Counted from the first letter of the stretch, positions 51,400 through 62,662 are shown. The stretch: DNA of 64,000 nucleotides from an uncultured Verrucomicrobiae bacterium (GCA_963788655.1 CAWBHS010000076.1:96001-160000), one strand, 5' to 3'. Numbers and translations: made by a program. The notes: generated by a model from the letters alone, not told the origin.

Positions 51400-52539
51400 T
51401 CATGCCGCTTCTTTTCGGGCGAATGATGCCAGCGCGTCCTGCCAATTTCCGGCAAAACGCCAGCTTTGCGTTTCGGCGAAATTCACACACTCCGCGGTAA
51501 CGCCTTCCGAGCCGACCAAGGCGTAGCGCAAGCCGAGATCGCCGCAAAGCTTCACAATCCGGCTGCACAACTTGATGAGGACCGCGTCCGCCGTGCGCAA
51601 TTGGCTGAGGTCCACCACAACCTTGTCGCTGCCGGCATCCACGCTGGCGTTGATTTTCGGCTGCAGTTGTTTCTCAACTTCCTCGGCCACGTTCGCGTTG
51701 AATTCGGTGGGCAGCGTAATGGCCAGGGCGCCGTCGCGCGCGGCAAAGTATTTGCCCGAGGTGTCCAGGTTGAGCGCCTTGACCACCTTGGCGTGAACGT
51801 CCTGCGGATCGATGGGTTTGGTGATTATGCCCGCGAAGCCCAAATGCAAGGCCCGCTCCTGTTCCGGCAGCGCCGTCTTCACGCTGATGCCCAGGATGGG
51901 CACCTGGCGCGCCTGCGCCCCAGGCCGCAAGGCATCAAACAAAGCGAACGCCGCGCCGTCGGGCAGCGAGAGGCTGATCAACACCGCGTCCGGCAAACGC
52001 GTGTTGAAGAAATCCGTGGCGGCTTTGGGTTGGGCCTGACCTTCGATTTTCCAGGAGGTCGCGCCGAGGGCGGACTTGATCTGGTCCACGATGGCCGGTT
52101 TGTCGTCCACCACGAGAATTTTGAGCGCCTCGGTGTATTGCTTCTTGCGGCTGGGATCAACGGCCTTGGGCGGGAGTGAGATGACGCGGCTGACGCGTTC
52201 GATCACCAGGTCTTCCTTGAAGGGTTTCACCAGGTAATCGCGCACGCCCAGCTTGGCAATGCGCAACACGTTTTCCTTGCCCGCCTCGGCAGTCAGCATG
52301 ATCACCGGAATGTTCTTCAAGTCGGCCGATTCCTTGAGTTTGGTCAGCGTCTCGTAGCCGTCCATAATCGGCATGGTGATGTCCAGGATGATGAGGTCCG
52401 GTTTCTCCCGGGCGGCCACGTCGAGGCCCTCCTGGCCATTGGCGGCTTCCAGGATTTGCAGGTCGAACAATTTGAACGCGCGCGCGACGATCATGCGGAT
52501 CGTCTTGCTGTCATCAATGGTTAACAATTTCTTGGGCAT
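51400..52539 (-). CDS. REC + pseudo-REC + STAS-like protein
   Basis: First REC LDITMP; second REC has VLISLSLP (no Asp); tail KVVVDLSQL. Confidence 0.8.
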   Translation of the reverse strand: MPKKLLTIDDSKTIRMIVARAFKLFDLQILEAANGQEGLDVAAREKPDLIILDITMPIMDGYETLTKLKESADLKNIPVIMLTAEAGKENVLRIAKLGVRDYLVKPFKEDLVIERVSRVISLPPKAVDPSRKKQYTEALKILVVDDKPAIVDQIKSALGATSWKIEGQAQPKAATDFFNTRLPDAVLISLSLPDGAAFALFDALRPGAQARQVPILGISVKTALPEQERALHLGFAGIITKPIDPQDVHAKVVKALNLDTSGKYFAARDGALAITLPTEFNANVAEEVEKQLQPKINASVDAGSDKVVVDLSQLRTADAVLIKLCSRIVKLCGDLGLRYALVGSEGVTAECVNFAETQSWRFAGNWQDALASFARKEAA

Positions 52540-52559
52540 AAGACTTCGGGGACGGACGG

Positions 52560-53054
52560 TTACTCCGAGGGTTTGACCAGGATTTCGACCATGATCGAAT
52601 GCTCCTGGGCGCGGAAGCCAACTTTTCGGTTTTGAGTGCTGGTGACCGGTTCCACGCAAAAATTCTGGCCGCGGAGAATGGAGGGAATGGTCAGCACGCA
52701 TTTGCGGCCGCGGTCGCACAGCCGGGATTTGATCTGGCCGACGATCATGTTGGCCATTTCGCCCATCGTGTCGTTGACCATTTCATGGCCTTCGATTTCC
52801 GGCTCCGGCATGTCGAGCATCCGGCTGGTGATCTGGAGCGCGAGCTTTTCCGTCACGTAAATGTAAACCACGCCGGTGACCTCCCCGATGAAGCCGACCG
52901 AGGCCGCCACCAACCGTTCATCGGCGGCGAAGGCCACGGGCGGCTGGGATACGATGGGCATCGCCAACATGGTATCAAACGTCTGGGGCATGGCTTCGGT
53001 GAGCAATTGCTCCAGTTCGTCAATCATTGCGAATTCAGTTGTTGTTTGACTCAT
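52560..53054 (-). CDS. cheX: CheX-family phosphatase (second copy)
   Basis: SVGFIGEVTG, DTMGEMANMIVG, LTIPSILRG. Confidence 0.9.
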   Translation of the reverse strand: MSQTTTEFAMIDELEQLLTEAMPQTFDTMLAMPIVSQPPVAFAADERLVAASVGFIGEVTGVVYIYVTEKLALQITSRMLDMPEPEIEGHEMVNDTMGEMANMIVGQIKSRLCDRGRKCVLTIPSILRGQNFCVEPVTSTQNRKVGFRAQEHSIMVEILVKPSE

Positions 53055-53230
53055 AAAAGGGAAGGGAAGAAGAAATCCAAAGGCCGAAGGGCCAGACTCC
53101 ACCAACGGGCAGCCGGAGCGAAACGGCTCCCGGGGGCGCTATTCGGATTGCTCTGCCTCTGCATGTGCGTTTTGAAATTCGTTCGGATTTCGGATTTCCC
53201 AACGGCTTCCGCCGCCAGGTTCGGTTGCAC

Positions 53231-53247
53231 AGCAAAAACATGACCAA
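53231..53247 (-). promoter_or_regulatory. Possible sigma54 -24/-12 site upstream of cheX
   Basis: TTGGTCATGTTTTTGCT on the minus strand (GG-N10-GC). Confidence 0.35.
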
Positions 53248-53291
53248 GCCTTCAGGCTCTGGAATTCTGGGGTTGCAAATATTATTGCGCT

Positions 53292-53885
53292 TCATCGGAC
53301 TTCGCGGGCCAGCAGCGTGGCGATTTGTTCCGGCGGCAATTCATAATCCACGCACCCCAGTTTCACCGCGGCGGCGGGCATGCCGTACACCGCGCAGGTC
53401 GCCTTGTTCTGGGCAATCGTCAATCCGCCCAACTGCTTGATATGGGCCAGGCCGGCCGCGCCGTCCTTGCCCATGCCGGTCAGTAACACGCCGATCAACT
53501 TTTGCCCGGGCGCCGGTGGCCGCAGCGATTGCATCGTCACGTCGATGGCGGGACAAACATAATTAACCTGCGGACCGGCGTGCAGGCGCACCGAGCAGTT
53601 CTGCACCAGCGTGCAGTGGACCTCGCTGGGCGCCAGTAATACTTGTCCGGGCGCCAGTTCATCGCGGTCTCCGGCCAAACGCACCTCCGCGGCCGTGTGT
53701 TGACTCAGGCTACGGGTTACGGAAGCGTTAATGAATTTGGGCATGTGCTGAATGATGAGCACGCTGGCCGATGCCAGGGGCAGACCCTCCAGCAGATGCG
53801 GCACAACGCGCGTACCGCCCGTCGAAGCCCCGATCACAATCAGGCATCGCGGCGCTCGCGCTCCGTTGGCTCCGCTCAAGCTCAT
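53292..53885 (-). CDS. cheB: Stand-alone CheB methylesterase domain (no REC)
   Basis: GASTGG, IQHMP, LTGMGKDG; 197 aa. Confidence 0.9.
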   Translation of the reverse strand: MSLSGANGARAPRCLIVIGASTGGTRVVPHLLEGLPLASASVLIIQHMPKFINASVTRSLSQHTAAEVRLAGDRDELAPGQVLLAPSEVHCTLVQNCSVRLHAGPQVNYVCPAIDVTMQSLRPPAPGQKLIGVLLTGMGKDGAAGLAHIKQLGGLTIAQNKATCAVYGMPAAAVKLGCVDYELPPEQIATLLAREVR

Positions 53886-54259
53886 GCCGCCAGGTAACTT
53901 GAGGCATGCTGGACGAATTCCAGCAGATTGTTCCCATCAAATGGCTTGGGCAGGTAATCGAACACGTGCTCCTGCACGTCCTCCCCCTCGGCGCCGGGTT
54001 CGGCTTTGGCCGTGAGCATGCAGATCAGATTCTGTCCCAGCAATTGTTCCTCGGCCAGGGCGCGAATGGTTTCCCAGCCGTTCAAGCCCGGCATCATAAT
54101 GTCCATCAAGATGACCCCCTGGAACCCCTGGCGCAACGTGTCCAAACAGACCGTGCCACTGGGCGCCTTGATCACTTCGAACCCGTAGTAACTCAGCAAC
54201 AGCGAGACGGTTTCCAAAATGGTCGGATCGTCATCAACAATTAGAACGTGTTTCCTCAT
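53882..54259 (-). CDS. Single-domain response regulator
   Basis: IVDDD, MDIMMP, MLTA, KPF. Confidence 0.9.
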   Translation of the reverse strand: MRKHVLIVDDDPTILETVSLLLSYYGFEVIKAPSGTVCLDTLRQGFQGVILMDIMMPGLNGWETIRALAEEQLLGQNLICMLTAKAEPGAEGEDVQEHVFDYLPKPFDGNNLLEFVQHASSYLAA

Positions 54260-55928
54260 GGATTTTCTTGGTGTCGCCGGTGTTCGCCGCCGGCAGCGCA
54301 AAATTGATCAACGTGCCTTTTTGAGCCCCGCCGCTTTCCGCCCAGATTCGGCCGCCGTGCCGTTCCACGATGGCGCGCGTGATGGCCAATCCCAGGCCGG
54401 GCGCGCTGCGGTCGTGGCGCGACGCATCGGCTTTGTAAAACGGATCGAAGGCGCGCAGCAAATGCGGCGCCTCCATGCCCTGGCCATTGTCGGCCACCGT
54501 CACCACGACCTGGCGGCCCTGCAACTCGGCCCGCACGGCAATGTGGCCGTCCGGCGCGGTAAATTTCACCGCATTGTCCAGCACATGCTCGAACGCCTGC
54601 AGCAGCAGGGATTCGTCCACTTGCGCGACCAGGCTTTCCGACACTTCGTTGGTTATGATGCGGCCCATCAGTGATTCTTCGGGGTGATTTGCCGCCAGCG
54701 CCATGTCCACCAGATGGCGCAACGGCCGGGTGGTCAGGTTAAGCGTCCGGTCGGGCGCCGTCACCCGACATAACTCGAGCATTCGCCGCAAGGTCACGTG
54801 AATGCTGCGGGCACCGTCCAGAGCCAGGTTCAACATTTGCTTCCGGTGGGCGTCCGACTCGTGCGCCAGGAGCAACGGCAACAGCGACAACAGCGGGGAC
54901 AAGGGGGTCTTCAAGTCATGCCCGAGCTGGTCAATCAACAGTTGCTTGTCCATCAGCAGACGTTCGACCTCCCGCGTGCGTTCCTGAACGCGCGCTTCGA
55001 GTTGCTGGTTCAACTGGCCCAGTTCGGCCCGCGCGGCTTCCAATTCGTGGTTGCGGCAGCGCAACGTAAACTCCATTCGCTTGCGCTCAGTAATGTCTTC
55101 CTTGATGGCGACAAAGTGGGTGATCTGCCCCTCGTCATTCCGAATCGGCGCAATCGAGGCCGACTCCCAATACAGCGTGCCATCCTTGCGTTTGTTGTGG
55201 AATTCCCCCCGCCATTGATTGCCCGACTGAATGGTCTCCCAGAGTTGCCGATACCCTTCGGTTGGCATTTCGCCGGACTTGAGCACGCGTGGGTTTTGCC
55301 CCATGACTTCTGCGGGCGTATAGCCAGTGGCGGCGGTGAAATGCGGGTTCACGTATTCAATCCGACCCTGCGTGTCGGTGATCAGTACCGTGCTGTTGGA
55401 ATGTTCGATGGCAAAGTATAGCGTTCGCAATCGCTCTTCAGCCTGCTTGCGCGCGTTGATGTCAGAAAAGGTGCCAATGATTTGGCGCGGCTGGCCCTCA
55501 GTGGTCCGTTCCACCACTTTGCCCCGCGCGAGAAACCAGCGGTAGTTCCCGTCCTTGCAGCGAATGCGATGTTCGTTTTCATAAACCTCCGTTTCGCCGC
55601 GGAGATGACGTTCGAGCAGATCGTAACTGCGCGCTTTATCGTCCGGATGAACCCGCTGGTCCCATTCCTCAAGCGTGTCGCCAATTTCCTGCTCGTCGTA
55701 GCCCAGCAGGGCCAAACCCTGCCGCGAATAGGACGCGCGGTTCGTGGGCACGTCCCAGGTCCAAACCCCGTCCTTGGCGCCTTCCAGCGCAAACTGCCAC
55801 CAGACCTTGCTGGCCGGCCAATCCCCGTGATCGCCCCGCGGCCCTCCGGCGGGCCGTCCCCCGTTCGGCGCCGCATCCGCTTGCCGCTTGGCCCGACGAG
55901 GTTGACGTTTCTGCGCGTGGTTGGCCAT
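54234..55928 (-). CDS. Cytoplasmic PAS-PAS histidine kinase
   Basis: Two PAS/PAC domains, GHDLKTPL H-box, DNAVKF, DNGQG, GLGL. Confidence 0.92.
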   Translation of the reverse strand: MANHAQKRQPRRAKRQADAAPNGGRPAGGPRGDHGDWPASKVWWQFALEGAKDGVWTWDVPTNRASYSRQGLALLGYDEQEIGDTLEEWDQRVHPDDKARSYDLLERHLRGETEVYENEHRIRCKDGNYRWFLARGKVVERTTEGQPRQIIGTFSDINARKQAEERLRTLYFAIEHSNSTVLITDTQGRIEYVNPHFTAATGYTPAEVMGQNPRVLKSGEMPTEGYRQLWETIQSGNQWRGEFHNKRKDGTLYWESASIAPIRNDEGQITHFVAIKEDITERKRMEFTLRCRNHELEAARAELGQLNQQLEARVQERTREVERLLMDKQLLIDQLGHDLKTPLSPLLSLLPLLLAHESDAHRKQMLNLALDGARSIHVTLRRMLELCRVTAPDRTLNLTTRPLRHLVDMALAANHPEESLMGRIITNEVSESLVAQVDESLLLQAFEHVLDNAVKFTAPDGHIAVRAELQGRQVVVTVADNGQGMEAPHLLRAFDPFYKADASRHDRSAPGLGLAITRAIVERHGGRIWAESGGAQKGTLINFALPAANTGDTKKIHEETRSNC

Positions 55929-55958
55929 AAGGGTGGACTACTGTGATTGCTTCAAGGT

Positions 55959-57653
55959 TCAAGCCGCTTTCGCTGAAGGCTGCCGGGCCTGGGCACACCG
56001 GCCGGGACAATCCTTCAACTCGGTGTCCACCCCGCAAATGTGATTCACCAACCAGTCGGACACCATGCGTTTCAATTCGAGCAACAGGTGTGTGCTTTGG
56101 CTTTGCTGTTTATACGCGGTCAGCATACGGGTGAATTCCTGGAGGAAGTTCTGATGGGCCATTTTGTTTTTGGCGCGGGCTGGGCACTGGTGTTCTTCCA
56201 TGATGCCCTCTTCGTGTTTGAAATGCGTCTGCGCGTATTCCGCCAGGAAATCCACCATGCCCCCCAATTCTTCCTTGCCCTTGCCCAACGCGCAGGCCGA
56301 GTGCAGGCGATTGAGCATGCGGATCAATTCCTGGTGTTGCGCATCCACCGACGCCACCCCGGTGCTCATGCGCTCGGAATCCCAGCGAATAAAATCAGCT
56401 TCGTCTTGGCTGACTTGGCCAGGCGCTTCCGTCGGCGGTGGAGGCATGGGCAGGTAATCGTTGGTCGTCGAAGTTGCCGGCGATGGCGCCGCCACAGTGG
56501 ACGGCGGCAGAACTGCGGGCGGCCGACCCGGCCGGTGGAAGATTCCAGCGGCCGACCTCTCGAAATTGGCGGCGCCGGGCTCCGCAACCGTGCCGCCAGG
56601 GTTGGTGGCCACGTCACCGATCAACTGGGCCAGTTCGCCGACGGCGGTTTCCAGGGCCGACGCTTGCACATTAAGTTCATCGGCCGCCACGGCGCTTTCT
56701 TCGGCGCCCGCGGCATTGGCCTGGGTGGTCTTGTCAATCTCGGTGACGGCCACATTGATTTGCCGCACGCCGGTGCTTTGTTCCTGCGCGGCGGCGGCCA
56801 TTTGGGCGGCCAGTTCGTCCAATTGCTGCACCTTGCTCACAATGACCTGCAGGTTGGCTTGCACGCTGCGGCCCTGGGCATCGACGGTTGCCAAACTTTG
56901 CGCGATGGACTCGCTCACCTGCGTTCCCTGCCGGCTTTGTTGGACCGAGGCTTCGATTTTATCGGAAGTTTCCCGGGCGGCGTCAGCGCTGCGTTGCGCC
57001 AGGTTGCGCACTTCATCCGCCACGACCGCAAAACCTAGTCCGGCTTCGCCCGCGCGCGCGGCTTCCACGGCGGCGTTGAGCGCGAGGATGTTGGTTTGAA
57101 ACGCAATCTCGTCGATGGTCTTGACGATCTTGGCCACTTCATCGCCGGCGTGGCAAATCCCTTCCATCGCGGCGCGCAATTCCTGGCCACGGGTTTTGAT
57201 GACTCCCACCGCCTCGGCCAACGCCGCCATGCTGGCGTCGCCGGTGGTCGCGGTCTGCCGGGCTTGCTGGCCGAGTTCCTTCACCGCCTGGGCGTGTTCG
57301 GCGGTGCGCGCGGACATGCTCGAAAGTTCCTCGATCGACGAACTGGTTTCCTCGAGTGACGACGCCTGTTCGCTGGTGCGTTGGGCCAGGGCCATGCCGG
57401 AGGTGGCCATCTGGCCACAAGTCTGCGAAATGTGCAGCGACGCTTCAGAAAGCCGATCCGCCAGCGATTTCAGAGGCCGGCCGAGCCCCGGGGCGAGCCG
57501 CCAAAAAATGTAGCCGGCCAACGCCAGGTTCAATCCGATGACCACCCATTGAATGGCTTGCGCCCCCCAATAAAGGGAAGCCGCGTTGGCCAGGGTCAGC
57601 AGGAACAGACCGATCGCGGTGCGGCGCAGGTTGGTTTGAAAGGATAGATTCAC
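55959..57653 (-). CDS. Methyl-accepting chemoreceptor with C-terminal hemerythrin domain
   Basis: Two N-terminal TMs with no periplasmic domain; [46 protein letters not shown]. Confidence 0.92.
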   Translation of the reverse strand: MNLSFQTNLRRTAIGLFLLTLANAASLYWGAQAIQWVVIGLNLALAGYIFWRLAPGLGRPLKSLADRLSEASLHISQTCGQMATSGMALAQRTSEQASSLEETSSSIEELSSMSARTAEHAQAVKELGQQARQTATTGDASMAALAEAVGVIKTRGQELRAAMEGICHAGDEVAKIVKTIDEIAFQTNILALNAAVEAARAGEAGLGFAVVADEVRNLAQRSADAARETSDKIEASVQQSRQGTQVSESIAQSLATVDAQGRSVQANLQVIVSKVQQLDELAAQMAAAAQEQSTGVRQINVAVTEIDKTTQANAAGAEESAVAADELNVQASALETAVGELAQLIGDVATNPGGTVAEPGAANFERSAAGIFHRPGRPPAVLPPSTVAAPSPATSTTNDYLPMPPPPTEAPGQVSQDEADFIRWDSERMSTGVASVDAQHQELIRMLNRLHSACALGKGKEELGGMVDFLAEYAQTHFKHEEGIMEEHQCPARAKNKMAHQNFLQEFTRMLTAYKQQSQSTHLLLELKRMVSDWLVNHICGVDTELKDCPGRCAQARQPSAKAA

Positions 57654-57656
57654 AGC

Positions 57657-57881
57657 TTAAGCATTTTGAGAATTCCCGTTCCTCGTGCGGTCACTGCCGT
57701 TGAACACGGCGTTGAACGTGCGCGGTCTCCGAAGGGCGGCACCTGCGATCATTTGCTCGAAGCCGCGGTATATTTCGCCGGAGACAACCCCCCGGCTCAC
57801 GGGATCGGCAGCAATCTCGACGTTGACGGCCAGGCGGCCCTCGATACGGGTCACCGGATTCAAAGTGATTTTTGCGCTCAT
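57657..57881 (-). pseudogene. [NiFe]-hydrogenase large-subunit N-terminal remnant
   Basis: ITLNPVTRIEGR...SGEIYRGFE matches the PVTRIEGH...RGFE start; truncated before RxCGxC. Confidence 0.75.
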
Positions 57882-58116
57882 GCAACGGCGCTCGCTATTC
57901 GTACATCTATTGCGTGGGCGCTTCGGGATATGTCATTCGAAGCCGATAGCGCGCTTGAACGGATCAAGTTGCGCCGGAACCACGACACCACTGAGGCCAA
58001 ATGCGGAGCAAACTGCCGGCCAAATCCGCCCGGAGGAGTGTTATTGATGAGACAGCGCAATGGGCTGGGCATCGACGCAGCGCAGATTGCTAATCTGCTG
58101 CCGCTGCCGGGCTTCG

Positions 58117-58260
58117 GGGAGCGCGCCCGCCCCGGGCGCGGGGGTTGGCGCCTCGCCAACCACGTTCGAGGATCCCAGGGATTCACTATTCAGTGACTGC
58201 TCAGTTGCGGGGCCAACCGGCGAGGCGCCGGTTGGCAGCGCCCGAGGCGGGCGCGCTCCC
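58117..58260. repeat. REP-doublet-like inverted repeat (family C)
   Basis: GGGAGCGCGCCCGCCCCGGGCGC and its inverted copy (1 mismatch in 23), each with an adjacent 3-nt-loop hairpin; single related copy at 25211-25259. Confidence 0.8.
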
Positions 58261-58396
58261 CAAACCCAAATGCATAAATGCATAGATCCGGCTTGGGATA
58301 TCGAACGCGCTTCCACGCCGACCCAACGGGCCAAAGACGCCGAAAAATCAGGGCGGCGCGGCAGCGCCGCGCTACCACCAATTGGATTAAACCGAC

Positions 58397-60646
58397 TTAA
58401 AAATCCTTGAAATCCGCGTCCATCGGGATGTCGCCTCCCTTGAATACGCCCGGAACGACAATCGGTGAACGGTTGCTGCGTCCGTTACTGCCGGCCGACC
58501 GTTTGGCCGGCAGGGAGGGCTTGGTTTTCAAGGGACGGTGCCCGGTTGCGGCAGATTTGGTCTGAGCCGTTGTCGCCAAGCCGGAAGTTGAGGGGCGCTC
58601 GCCCTGCACCATCTGGGTCAGTTCCGCCGCGACCTGATGCACCGCGTCTGCCTGGGCCACCAATTCCTGGGCGGCACTGGAGCTTTCCTCGGCGATGGCA
58701 GCGTTGCTTTGGCTGACTTGGTCCAACTGGCTCACCGCCGTTTGAATGTGCGTGGTGCCCTGGTTTTGTTCCTTCGAGGCCAGCGCAATTTGGGCCATCA
58801 CCTTCTCGAGCGTATTGATCCGGCTGACGATGTCCTGGAACCCGCTCTCCACTTTGTGCGCCGTGGCTTCAACGGCGGTCAGGCTTTGGGCCACTTTCTC
58901 GCTCACGCCGACACTCCGGCGGCTGCGTTGCAGAGAGGTCTGAATTTTTTGGGCGGTGTCCTGGGCCGCGGCGGCGCAGCGCTGGGCCAGGTGGCGCACT
59001 TCATCAGCCACGACGGCAAAGCCCATGCCGGCCTCGCCCGCGCGCGCCGCTTCCACCGCGGCATTCAAGGCGAGCAAATTAGTTTGAAAAGCAATCTCGT
59101 CGATGGTCTTCAAGATCTTCCCGACTTCCTGGCTGGAGCCGTGCATTTCTTGCACGACCGTAGCCATCTCCGCCACGGCCCCCTTGATGCCCTCGACGGT
59201 TTGGCCCAGTTCGCGCAAGCGCTCCAGGCCGGTGGCGGCGGCCAGGTGCGATTGCTGACTGAGGTCCTGGCCCTGGGTAGTATGTTCGGAGTTGCGTTGC
59301 GTCCTGGTCGCCATTTCCTCGAGGGAGGCACTGGTTTCTTCGAGAGACGCCGCCTGTTCACTGGCCGCTTCCGCCAGTTTTTGACTGGCCGCCGAAAGCT
59401 GGCCGGCTGAGCCGGCGACCTGATCGGAGGAATTCCCCAGTCGTTTGACAATGGCTTGGATCGGACCTGCCAGGGATAATGACACCCGATAACTGACCAG
59501 CAACACCACGAGGGCTACGCCGATGGCGCCCGCCAAAATCCACCACATCATGTGCGCCATGGCCGCGGAGACCTTGTCCACCACCGCGGATGTTTCGTCC
59601 TCATAGGCGCTCACGCCAACCACCCAGTCCCACGGCGCGTAATACGTCACGGCGGCCAGCTTGCGGCGCCCGGTGTCTTCCCCGGGATTTTTCCACGGAT
59701 ACGATTCCAACAGCACCGAACCGTCCGTCCGCCGCACCGCTTGCTCCACGATGGATTGGATGACGTAGCGGCCATCGGCGTCTTTGGCCTGCCAGATGTC
59801 TTCGCCATCGCGCTTCCCGTCCTTCGAAATCAGGTAATGGCCGCGCTGCTCGCCGTGGCCGCCGAGCACAAAAACATACCCCGTCTTGCCGACCACCAGC
59901 TTGAGCATGGTGCGGCGCACCGTGCGGGTGAGATCGCTCTGCTTGACGCCGACGTACAGCATGCCCATGACGTTGCGGTGTGCCGCGTCCCAGACCGGTT
60001 CATAGACGGTCTCGTGCCATTCGTTCACGACGAAGGCACGTCCGCGATACGTTTCCCCGCGCAATACGGCGCTCACCACCGGGTTGGGGTTGCCGTCCGG
60101 ATTCTTGGCCGGGATGTAAGTGCCGATGGCGCGCCGGCCGTCGGTTTCGAGCACGGTCGTCGCCACGCGCAGCATGTCGCCGCCGGCGTTCATCCGCTGA
60201 AAGACGGTGCAGTGATCGCGCGTCAGGCGTTGGACGTCATCGACCAGCAGCGAGGATTGGTTGGTGGTCAGGTTCTGCCCGAACCATTGATTGCCCAACT
60301 GGAATCGGGGCAACTTGACGGAAGTGCTTTGTTTGGTGAACTGGTTGACAGCCTGCCAGGTGGCGGTTTCGGTCGCCAAGGTGAGGAACCCCTTGGCGTC
60401 AAACAATTCGCGAGCCACGGCCGCACTGTGGACAATGCGGTTTTGGTTCCGTTCATCTGTCGCGGAGCAAAGTTGGTAAAGCGTCTGCGCGGTCTGCTTG
60501 ACGGTTGCCACACTTTCCTGCTGCACGAGCGCGCGCAGTTGGGGTTCGGTGGTGTGCTTTTGATACCAGGTGACCACCGTCAAAGTGGCGGCACTGATTA
60601 AGGCCAGGCCGCTTCCCAACAGACTAATTTTGGTGCTGATTTTCAT
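58397..60646 (-). CDS. Methyl-accepting chemoreceptor with Cache_3/Cache_2-type sensor
   Basis: Two TMs; [41 protein letters not shown]; ends DFKDF. Confidence 0.93.
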   Translation of the reverse strand: MKISTKISLLGSGLALISAATLTVVTWYQKHTTEPQLRALVQQESVATVKQTAQTLYQLCSATDERNQNRIVHSAAVARELFDAKGFLTLATETATWQAVNQFTKQSTSVKLPRFQLGNQWFGQNLTTNQSSLLVDDVQRLTRDHCTVFQRMNAGGDMLRVATTVLETDGRRAIGTYIPAKNPDGNPNPVVSAVLRGETYRGRAFVVNEWHETVYEPVWDAAHRNVMGMLYVGVKQSDLTRTVRRTMLKLVVGKTGYVFVLGGHGEQRGHYLISKDGKRDGEDIWQAKDADGRYVIQSIVEQAVRRTDGSVLLESYPWKNPGEDTGRRKLAAVTYYAPWDWVVGVSAYEDETSAVVDKVSAAMAHMMWWILAGAIGVALVVLLVSYRVSLSLAGPIQAIVKRLGNSSDQVAGSAGQLSAASQKLAEAASEQAASLEETSASLEEMATRTQRNSEHTTQGQDLSQQSHLAAATGLERLRELGQTVEGIKGAVAEMATVVQEMHGSSQEVGKILKTIDEIAFQTNLLALNAAVEAARAGEAGMGFAVVADEVRHLAQRCAAAAQDTAQKIQTSLQRSRRSVGVSEKVAQSLTAVEATAHKVESGFQDIVSRINTLEKVMAQIALASKEQNQGTTHIQTAVSQLDQVSQSNAAIAEESSSAAQELVAQADAVHQVAAELTQMVQGERPSTSGLATTAQTKSAATGHRPLKTKPSLPAKRSAGSNGRSNRSPIVVPGVFKGGDIPMDADFKDF

Positions 60647-60765
60647 GGTTAAAGCATGGTCAGGGTTGTCTCCGTCGCGGGAAAGCGCTGAACGATTGCA
60701 CCCCGTCGCGACGGGTGGGAGCGTGGGACGGCCACGATCATTGCGCCGACCGCGCGCCATCACGC

Positions 60766-62586
60766 TCAGAAATCCTTAAAATCGTTTTCCAGTGGAAGGC
60801 CTTGTCCAGCAGCGGCACCAATGACGGCCAATTTTCCGCGCGATGCCGGGCCCCGGCCGTTCCCCTGGCCGTTCCCGTTGGTGGCAGGTTTCCCGCGGGC
60901 GAGGTTGACCATTGGTTGGGGCGGCAAAATCAGCGGCTCCGCCACGGCAGGAGGTGCCGGCGGGAGGACCTCAGTCGCCGCCGCGTGCTCCCCTTGCACC
61001 ATCTGCCTCAAGGAGAACGACACCTGCCGGACCATTTCGGCCTGGCTGACCAATTCATGGGCGGCGCTCGAGGTTTCTTCGGAGATGGCGGCGTTGCTTT
61101 GACTGACATGGTCCAGTTGGCTCACTGCCGTTTGGATGTGCGCGATGCCCTGGCTTTGTTCCTTGGAAGCCAACGCAATCTGCCCCAGCATGGTGTCCAG
61201 TGAATTGATGCGGGTTACAATATCCTGGAAACCGCTTTCCACCTTGTGCGCGGTGGCTTCCACGTCGCCCAGGCTTTGCACGACCTTCTCGCTGAACGCC
61301 ACCCCCTGATCGCTACGCTGAAGGGAAACCTGGATTTTGTCCGCGGTATCCTTGGCCGCGGCAGCGCTGCGTTGGGCCAGGTTGCGGACTTCGTCGGCGA
61401 CAACGGCAAAGCCCATGCCGGCCTCGCCCGCCCGCGCGGCTTCGACCGCCGCGTTCAACGCGAGCAAATTGGTCTGGAAGGCGATCTCGTCAATGGTCTT
61501 GAGAATCTTGCTGACTTCCTGGCTGGACCCGTGCATTTCGCGCACGACGGTGGTCATTTCGGCGACGGCCATTTTGATGCCGTCGAGGGTGTGGCGCATT
61601 TCCTCGAGCCGCTCCAGTCCGGCATCGGCAGCCTGACGGGAAAGTTGGCTGAGGTCCTTGCTTTGGGCGGCGTGCTCGGCGTTGCGCTGGGTCATGGTGG
61701 CCATTTCCTCAAGCGAAGCGCTGCTTTCCTCGAGGGACGCCGCCTGGGCGCCGGCGCCTTCGGCCAAAGACTGACTGGCGGAGGCAATCTCGCGCGCGGC
61801 GACCGTGGTTTGATCGCTGGTGCTTTGAATTTCGTCGATGGCTTGGGAGAGCGGCCCCAGGATCATGCGGCGGTTCAGCAGGAAGAACCCTCCGGCAATC
61901 AACATGACGCCGGGCAACACCCAAAAGATGGCCTTGAACATCCCGGCCCACACGACGGCGTCCACCGCGTTGAATTTGGCTTTCAACACAAACGCGCCGT
62001 GAGTTTCGCCGGTTTTCCAACCTTCCATGGGGCCGCCCACGAGATCCTTGCCGTCGCCCGTGGGACTGCTTTTCGGGTCGCCATGGCAGGCCAGACAATC
62101 GGCGGTCAGCACGATGGGCCGCGCATACACCAACTCTTTGTTCTTGGTGTCCACCTGGAAATATTCCTCATGCGATCCGTCCGCCAGGTACTTCAGGATT
62201 TCCGCTTCGGCCGGCGTGGGAGTGTTGCGGGGATTGCGCGGTTGGTGCTTGGGAATGCGAAAATCGAAACCTTCTTTTTCGGCGGCCCGTTGGATGGCGG
62301 TCCAGGTGGCCACAATGGGGATGGTGCTGTAGAGCGTGGAGGCTTGGAGTTCGCCGCCCTGTTGGAATTCGGCCAGCAACTTCGGCCGGTCATAAGCGCC
62401 GCGGGCAAAAAGCTCCGACGCATGCTGGCGCATTTGCTCGGCTTCGGTGATGACCAAACGCATGGTTTGGTGGGTGAGCTCAATCTCGCGACGCCGCAGG
62501 ACACTGCGGTGGACGACTTGGGTGATGATGACTGCCAGGAGCACCGCCCCCACCGCGGCAAAGATGATTTTCGTGCCCAGTTTCAT
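60766..62586 (-). CDS. Methyl-accepting chemoreceptor with c-type heme (DUF3365-like) sensor
   Basis: Two TMs; PRNPRN, YARPI..CLACHG, GWKTGE; ends DFKDF. Confidence 0.93.
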   Translation of the reverse strand: MKLGTKIIFAAVGAVLLAVIITQVVHRSVLRRREIELTHQTMRLVITEAEQMRQHASELFARGAYDRPKLLAEFQQGGELQASTLYSTIPIVATWTAIQRAAEKEGFDFRIPKHQPRNPRNTPTPAEAEILKYLADGSHEEYFQVDTKNKELVYARPIVLTADCLACHGDPKSSPTGDGKDLVGGPMEGWKTGETHGAFVLKAKFNAVDAVVWAGMFKAIFWVLPGVMLIAGGFFLLNRRMILGPLSQAIDEIQSTSDQTTVAAREIASASQSLAEGAGAQAASLEESSASLEEMATMTQRNAEHAAQSKDLSQLSRQAADAGLERLEEMRHTLDGIKMAVAEMTTVVREMHGSSQEVSKILKTIDEIAFQTNLLALNAAVEAARAGEAGMGFAVVADEVRNLAQRSAAAAKDTADKIQVSLQRSDQGVAFSEKVVQSLGDVEATAHKVESGFQDIVTRINSLDTMLGQIALASKEQSQGIAHIQTAVSQLDHVSQSNAAISEETSSAAHELVSQAEMVRQVSFSLRQMVQGEHAAATEVLPPAPPAVAEPLILPPQPMVNLARGKPATNGNGQGNGRGPASRGKLAVIGAAAGQGLPLENDFKDF

Positions 62587-62662
62587 GCCATCAAGACAAG
62601 CGACGGCTCATCGCTCCAGCCAGCTTCCGCATTCATACCACGCATATATCAAAACCACGCTG

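Noticed and set aside
53178..53198. TTCGGAT heptamer repeats (also around 40474-40500)
   Set aside because: Only 2-3 imperfect units; too short to assign a function from this window.
57882..58050. Possible decayed hydrogenase small-subunit 3' end
   Set aside because: Only vague resemblance; no intact Cys motifs in any frame.
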